The translations under genes were made by a program, and so were the position numbers. A DNA stretch of 64,000 nt from Candidatus Omnitrophota bacterium (GTDB taxonomy: Bacteria > Omnitrophota > Gorgyraeia > Duberdicusellales > 4484-171). The number at the start of each line of letters is the position of its first letter. Position 1 is the first letter of the stretch. This document shows positions 58,741-64,000 of this stretch, piece after piece. Below the pieces are notes generated by a model. The model had not been told where the DNA came from. It did not search any database and worked only from the letters and a program-made list of their open reading frames with translations. Where the stretch lies: contig JAHISK010000055.1 of NCBI GenBank assembly GCA_018818105.1, forward strand, positions 4,781-68,780, written 5' to 3'.

Positions 58741-60732
58741 TTACTCCTCTTTCTGATCACTATTCGCCTTCTCAATAATACTCTGGGCGAGTCGGGCAGG
58801 AACGATATCATAATGCGAGAAACTCATCATATATGAACCTCTACCTCCTGTAACAGACCGCAAATCTGAGGCGTATTTAAACATCTCTGTTAAAGGAACT
58901 AGCGCTTTGACAACTTCATTTTTCCCTTTGACTTCCATACCTAAAATTCTTCCTCGTTTAGAATTTATATCTCCTGTAACTTGCCCCATAAACTCTCCCG
59001 GGACAGATATCTCCACACGCATTATCGGTTCCAGAATCACACTACCAGCTTCCTCCAACGCCTTCTTAAACGCCATGGTCGCGGCAATTTGAAAAGCAAT
59101 ATCAGAAGAATCTACCGGATGATAGGATCCGTCATATAAAATCACCCTTATATCTGTAACAGCAAGACCGGCTAAAATTCCTGTCGCCATTGCCTTGCGA
59201 ACACCTTTTTCAACAGACGGAATAAAGTTACGCGGAATTGCGCCGCCTACTACTTTATTTACAAACTCAAAGTTCTTACCTCGTTCTAGAGGCTGAACCT
59301 CAATCCAACAATCTCCGTACTGACCGCGTCCACCGCTTTGTTTTTTATGTCGGCCCTGGACTTTAACCGATTTAGTAATCGTTTCCAAATAAGGAACTTT
59401 TGGCTTTCCTAAATCTACATCGGCATCGTACTTCTTACGCATCCTTTCAATGATCACATGAAGATGCAGCTCTCCCATTCCGGCAATTATTAATTCCTTA
59501 GTTTGAGCATCTCTAGAAATTTTAACAGTCGGATCTTCCGCCATCAACCGAGACAACGCAGTCGAGATCTTTTCTTCATCATGCCGTGTCTTTGGTTTAA
59601 CTGACGCCGAATATGCCGGTGATGGAAAATCTAAAGTTGGCAATTCTATTCCTTTTATAGCACTGTCACAAAGAACATCTAATGTATCTGTATCTTTCAA
59701 TTTAGCTACTGCTCCTATTTCTCCCGCGCATATCGCGTCTTGAGCCAACTGTTGTTTACCCTGTAAATGGTACAAAGTACCGATTTTTTCATTACTGTCT
59801 TTAGTTGTATTACAAACCTCGCTGTTAGATGAAATCTTACCGGAAAAAACTTTAAATATACTTAACTGACCTACGAAAGGATCAATAATTGTCTTAATCA
59901 CTTGCGCCACTGCCGGCGCGTCTATCTTAGGCTCAATAGTAATTTCCTGACCCTCCTTGCTGCCTTTTCGAAAACAAGACACAGCAACTGACGGCATATC
60001 CTCTACAATAAAATTTAAAACATCTTCTATTCCAACATTTTGAGTAGCAACCCCGCACATTACAGGAAAAAGGAGAGAATTAATTATCGCTGCCTTTACA
60101 ACAGGCACAAACTCACTCTCATCCAATGTTCCTTTCTCTAAATATTTCTCAAGAAGCGCGTCATTACTTTCGGCAACTGCCTCTACAATTTGACCATAAT
60201 ACGGGCTGTTTTTATCCTTTAAAACACATTTCACGACTCCTTCTTCAAACACAGAGAAAGGAATCGCTTTTTTTGTCAAAGACTTTATATCATCTAAAAT
60301 ATTATCGTAATTTGTATTCGCTTTATCTAATTTATTTATAAAGAAAAGACAAGGAATATTTTCTTTTCTTAAAATATCCCATGCTTTTTCTGTCCCTACT
60401 TCCACGCCTGCCGTGGCATCAACAACAATTATCGCGAAATCAGCAGCACGGCTGGAAGCGATTAGTTCTCCTATAAAATCTAAATATCCCGGAACATCAA
60501 TAAACTGTAAAAAATTACCTTTATATTCCGCGTGAAGAACAGATAGATTAATAGAACTTTTTCTATCCTTCTCATCATCTTCATAATCACTTACCGACGA
60601 TTCATCATCAACTTTTCCTAACCGCGTAACTACTCCGCTTTTAAAAAGAAATCCTTCCGAAAGCGAAGTTTTTCCTGATTGAGCATGACCGCAAAGAATA
60701 AAGGATCGCTTTTTTGTTAAATCCTCTCTCAT
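58741..60732 (-). CDS. Elongation factor G-family translational GTPase (EF-G paralog); start at ATG 60732 with an AAGGGGGAG ribosome-binding site
   Basis: G1 GHAQSGKTS, G3 DVPG, G4 NKLD. Domains IV/V read ...GSYHPVDSSDIAFQIAA... Confidence 0.75.
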   Translation of the reverse strand: MREDLTKKRSFILCGHAQSGKTSLSEGFLFKSGVVTRLGKVDDESSVSDYEDDEKDRKSSINLSVLHAEYKGNFLQFIDVPGYLDFIGELIASSRAADFAIIVVDATAGVEVGTEKAWDILRKENIPCLFFINKLDKANTNYDNILDDIKSLTKKAIPFSVFEEGVVKCVLKDKNSPYYGQIVEAVAESNDALLEKYLEKGTLDESEFVPVVKAAIINSLLFPVMCGVATQNVGIEDVLNFIVEDMPSVAVSCFRKGSKEGQEITIEPKIDAPAVAQVIKTIIDPFVGQLSIFKVFSGKISSNSEVCNTTKDSNEKIGTLYHLQGKQQLAQDAICAGEIGAVAKLKDTDTLDVLCDSAIKGIELPTLDFPSPAYSASVKPKTRHDEEKISTALSRLMAEDPTVKISRDAQTKELIIAGMGELHLHVIIERMRKKYDADVDLGKPKVPYLETITKSVKVQGRHKKQSGGRGQYGDCWIEVQPLERGKNFEFVNKVVGGAIPRNFIPSVEKGVRKAMATGILAGLAVTDIRVILYDGSYHPVDSSDIAFQIAATMAFKKALEEAGSVILEPIMRVEISVPGEFMGQVTGDINSKRGRILGMEVKGKNEVVKALVPLTEMFKYASDLRSVTGGRGSYMMSFSHYDIVPARLAQSIIEKANSDQKEE

Positions 60733-61039
60733 AATCTCCCCCTTGCTTCTCGCCTCAGATATAACTGTTCGGCTCATCTTAGAGTATTAGGTTATCTTTA
60801 AATTAATATAAAGGTTTATACCATATTACCGATGAAAAACCTTATAACTATCCCTAGATTTGATACTCACTATCACCGTTAGAAAAAGTCCTTGTCTGTA
60901 TTCTTTTCAAAAAGCAAATGCCACCATGATACGTTCCGTATATATTGTTAGGTAATATTATAGTAGAAAGGCCCCATTTAGTCAACAAACATCGGACATT
61001 TTCGCCATAACTAATTGGGAAATATAGATTTATGAACTA

Positions 61040-62089
61040 TTAAATAATCAGGGTGGCGTCGCCAAAACTGTAAAACCGAAAATTCTTATCAATGGCATAC
61101 TTATAGGCAGTCGCTACTAAAGGACGCCCGCAAAAAGAAGAAATAAGGATAAGATTAGTCGAATATGGCGTATGAAAATTAGTAATAACACCATCAATAA
61201 TGTTAAATTTGTATCCCGGAGTAATATAAAGGTTAGTTTCTCCAAAAAAAGGATTAATATACACATTTTTACAAGAATCAAGGGAAGCCGCGCTCTCTAA
61301 AGACCTTATCGCCGTTGTTCCTACAGCTATTATACGGCGCGATTGGCTTTTGGCTTTATTTATAATTTCCGCGACGGCAGAATCAACCTCAATCCATTCC
61401 GATTCAATCTTATGATCACGAATATCAGATGTCTTTACCGGTTTAAAAGTTGCCAACCCGCAATGAAGAGTAATATATATAATCTTTACTCCTTTATCTT
61501 GTATTTTTTTTAATAAGCTTTCTGTAAAATGCAATCCCGCTGTAGGCGCGGCAATCGCGCCCTCATTCTTAGCGAACACTGTCTGATATTTACTAGAATC
61601 ATCAATATCTTTTTTAATGTACGGCGGTAAAGGAACTTGCCCCAATGAATCTAACGAATCATCGAAATCTTCAGGAACAAATTTTAATATTCGTCCACCG
61701 GCAGGAGTATGATCTAAAACTGTCGCTTTTAATTTACCCTCGCCGCCAAAAACAATATTATCACCGATTTTCGCTCTTTTCCCAGGCTTAACTAACACCT
61801 CCCATATTCCCTTTTCTATTTTTTTTAAAAGTAAAACCTCAAATTTAGCACCGCTGGTTCTTCTCGCGATTAGCCGCGCTTTAATTACTTTTGTGTTATT
61901 TAAAACAAGGACGTCTCCTTGACGCAAAAAATCCACGATGCCGCTAAACCGGCTTTCGCCAATAGCCCCTGTTTGCCGATCTATCGTAAGCAACCGGCTA
62001 CTATCCCGCGGAGAAACTGGAACTTGCGCGATAAGTTCCCCAGGAACACCAAAATCGTAATGTTTTCGGTCAAAAATGTCCTTCTTCAT
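61040..62089 (-). CDS. queA: S-adenosylmethionine:tRNA ribosyltransferase-isomerase
   Basis: YDFGVPGELIAQVPVSPRDSSRLL matches the QueA N-terminus. Start at ATG 62089 with a GGAGAAG ribosome-binding site; track start 62131. Confidence 0.8.
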   Translation of the reverse strand: MKKDIFDRKHYDFGVPGELIAQVPVSPRDSSRLLTIDRQTGAIGESRFSGIVDFLRQGDVLVLNNTKVIKARLIARRTSGAKFEVLLLKKIEKGIWEVLVKPGKRAKIGDNIVFGGEGKLKATVLDHTPAGGRILKFVPEDFDDSLDSLGQVPLPPYIKKDIDDSSKYQTVFAKNEGAIAAPTAGLHFTESLLKKIQDKGVKIIYITLHCGLATFKPVKTSDIRDHKIESEWIEVDSAVAEIINKAKSQSRRIIAVGTTAIRSLESAASLDSCKNVYINPFFGETNLYITPGYKFNIIDGVITNFHTPYSTNLILISSFCGRPLVATAYKYAIDKNFRFYSFGDATLII

Positions 62090-62297
62090 ACTTCTCCAGA
62101 AGTCAGAAAACAGACGACGGACAACAGACATCTAAATACAGAAAATATTTTTACCGCATTGAATTTTCAAGCGCCAGTCTTCTGTTATCTGTCTTCGGTC
62201 TTCAATGACCGGATTATTTTACCACACAAACATTCCAAGTAAACCAAAGAATAGTTGGGATATTTCAGATTGTAGATTGCAGTAAAAAACACTATTT

Positions 62298-62365
62298 TCC
62301 ATCTCCCATCCATTCTCTATCTCTAATCTGCCATCTGCCATCTATTCTCTATCTCCCATCTATTA
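62298..62365. repeat. ATCTCCCATCT / ATCTGCCATCT tandem repeats upstream of the GGDEF gene; the same motif precedes the terminator hairpins at 41925-41955 and 42195-42212
   Basis: ccatctcccatccattctctatctctaatctgccatctgccatctattctctatctcccatcta. Confidence 0.55.
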
Positions 62366-62390
62366 ACCATCTTGACTTTTATCCCTAAAT

Positions 62391-63587
62391 ATGTTATCTA
62401 TTAGGTTACATATGAAAAACGAAATAATAAGATTAAAAGAAGAACTGGAAAAAGCGCGTTGGCACCTATATATCTTTTACGAACTCACCAAAGCAATGCA
62501 CACAACCCTACATTTAGAAGAAATATCCTATATTATACTTACAGGATTAACCGCGCATCAAGGTCTTGCCTTTAACCGTGCCATACTTTTTCTTAGCGAC
62601 ACCACCACTAACACTATCAAAGGATTTATGGGAGTAGGTCCAATGGATAACCATGAAGCAACTGAAATCTGGCAGAATATAGAAGAAGAAAAAAAAGGTC
62701 TCTATGACTTAATAAAAACTTACCACCGCATAAAAGAAGGTAAAATAAAAGTTAAATTTATGGATTTTATTCAGTCCTTATCTTTCTCCCAATCAAAAGA
62801 AAGCGGATTTATTTCTAGCGCTCTTTGTGAAAAAGAACCACTTCACATAAAAAAAGACGATCCAAGAATACCCGAAACCGATCCCTTAAAGCGATTACTT
62901 CAGTTGGAAGAATTTCTTATCGCGCCATTATGGATAGAAGGCAGAAATAGCGGGTTGATTATTGTTGATAATTACGTCACAAAAAAACCAATCATAGAAG
63001 AAGACATAAAAATATTTAATATGTTTGTAGACCAATCTAGTGGGGCGATAAAAAATTCTCAATCCTTCGAAGACACTCTCATAAAAGCGCAAACCGACCC
63101 GCTAACAGGATTATGGAACTACAGGTATTTCCAGCGCCAGCTAGATGCCGCTATAAAAACAGCTAAAACTCAAAACCAAAATATCTCGGTAATGATGATA
63201 GATATTGATAACTTCAAGAAATTCAATGATACCTGCGGCCATATACACGGCAATTTAGCATTACAGGAAATAAGTAAAATCCTCAAAGATACCTGCCGTA
63301 AAATAGATACCCTTTGCCGATATGGCGGTGAAGAATTTTCTCTTATCCTGCCTCACTCAAGCAAAGAAAACGCCCATCTACTGGGAGAAAGAATCAGACA
63401 ATGCGTAGAAACAACTCCTATCCTAGATAACCACGCCTTCACAATAAGCATAGGAATTTCTTCTTTCCCGCAAGACGGAGACAACAAAGAAACCTTACTT
63501 CGAAAAGCCGACGAAGCCCTTTATGCGGCAAAAAGGAATGGCAAAAATCAAGTTGTTTTAGCTGATTTCATCCCCCAACCCATATAA
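62391..63587 (+). CDS. GAF-like sensor + GGDEF diguanylate cyclase (GGEEF active-site motif); alternative start at 62412
   Basis: ...RYGGEEFSLILP... and the inhibitory-site-like motif KIDTLCRYGG. Confidence 0.8.
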   Translation: MLSIRLHMKNEIIRLKEELEKARWHLYIFYELTKAMHTTLHLEEISYIILTGLTAHQGLAFNRAILFLSDTTTNTIKGFMGVGPMDNHEATEIWQNIEEEKKGLYDLIKTYHRIKEGKIKVKFMDFIQSLSFSQSKESGFISSALCEKEPLHIKKDDPRIPETDPLKRLLQLEEFLIAPLWIEGRNSGLIIVDNYVTKKPIIEEDIKIFNMFVDQSSGAIKNSQSFEDTLIKAQTDPLTGLWNYRYFQRQLDAAIKTAKTQNQNISVMMIDIDNFKKFNDTCGHIHGNLALQEISKILKDTCRKIDTLCRYGGEEFSLILPHSSKENAHLLGERIRQCVETTPILDNHAFTISIGISSFPQDGDNKETLLRKADEALYAAKRNGKNQVVLADFIPQPI

Positions 63588-63604
63588 TTCGCGAAACTAT
63601 CATA

Positions 63605-64000
63605 TTAGGCGGGAACTTCTTCCTGGGGGGTTTTCTGAGCCGATTGGGCGGCAAATTTTACCGATACTACTTTCGAAACGCCTTTCTCCTGCATAGTAAC
63701 CCCATACAAAACATCAGCGTTACTCATTGTTCGTTTATTATGCGTGATAATGATAAACTGAGAAACCGAAGAAAACTCCTTCAATAGCTGGTTAAACCTT
63801 ACCACATTCGCTTCATCTAGGGGCGCGTCAATTTCATCAAGCACGCATATTGGTGAAGGTCTTACTCTAAAAATAGCAAAAATTAACGAAATAGCGGTTA
63901 ACGCTTTTTCTCCGCCGGAAAGAAGAGAAACGTTCTGCAGTTTTTTACCTGGCGGCTGAACTTCAATTTCCACCCCTGACTCCAACACATCTTCAGGATC
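63605..64000 (-). CDS. smc: Chromosome segregation protein SMC, C-terminal ABC-ATPase part only (N-terminus beyond window end)
   Basis: Signature motif [18 protein letters not shown]; Walker B/D-loop [14 protein letters not shown]; ...[11 protein letters not shown]. Confidence 0.8.
   Translation of the reverse strand, partial: DPEDVLESGVEIEVQPPGKKLQNVSLLSGGEKALTAISLIFAIFRVRPSPICVLDEIDAPLDEANVVRFNQLLKEFSSVSQFIIITHNKRTMSNADVLYGVTMQEKGVSKVVSVKFAAQSAQKTPQEEVPA

Noticed and set aside
63605-63988. The track's Met start for the last ORF
   Set aside because: The SMC signature motif is at the C-terminal end, so the real gene continues upstream beyond position 64000. The ATG at 63988 is an internal Met.

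Overview
The window is low-GC (~35%) bacterial chromosome, probably from an uncultivated lineage; the phylum cannot be assigned from sequence alone. Positions 1-21515 are almost certainly one giant minus-strand ORF that runs off the left edge (at least 7,170 codons). The ORF track lists no minus-strand ORF there, only short antisense plus-strand ORFs, and my own reverse-complement read of the N-terminal ~460 codons is stop-free, with spot checks at coordinates 3-122 and 4500-4540 in the same phase also open. This protein has an N-terminal signal peptide, internal transmembrane helices, an embedded C39-like cysteine-peptidase domain and a perfect 3 x 36-bp tandem repeat. Its roughly 210-nt 5' leader carries a sigma70-like promoter, a sequence resembling a c-di-GMP-I (GEMM) riboswitch aptamer, and an intrinsic terminator immediately before the ribosome-binding site. 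Next comes a divergent RAYT/IS200-like HuH tyrosine transposase gene. A long minus-strand locus follows: two tandem RND permeases, an outer-membrane factor fused to a TonB C-terminal-like domain, a membrane-fusion adaptor, a secreted WD40 protein and a membrane-anchored coiled-coil protein with a C-terminal winged-HTH domain. Two 'four-helix-bundle / 23S rRNA intervening-sequence protein' genes are interspersed in this locus, and each is bracketed by about 30-nt inverted repeats from a different repeat family, an IVS-like or REPIN-like cassette layout. Upstream lie two large secreted proteins of unknown function; the larger one is preceded by two tandem ~264-bp leader units, each ending in a terminator of the same hairpin family as the giant-gene leader. 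Further right are a wHTH-nucleotidyltransferase / HEPN / PIN three-gene module with a near-consensus promoter and palindromic operator, two copies of a ~150-bp repeat carrying a variable (CATTTAC)n tract, and two tandem CNNM/CBS/CorC genes. The right end is mostly housekeeping (DUF89, UvrD/PcrA helicase, RadC, folE-mnmE-folC-purH, a P-loop-less YchF-like protein, an EF-G paralog, queA, a GAF-GGDEF diguanylate cyclase and the 3' end of smc), plus an ORF6N / receiver / XRE-S24 regulatory trio. Several families of short dispersed REP-like repeats populate the intergenic regions. One heptamer repeat forms an in-frame insertion inside mnmE; the same motif also occurs in an empty inverted-repeat-flanked intergenic region. 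All domain calls come from reading the ORF translations and motifs by eye and need HMM or BLAST confirmation.
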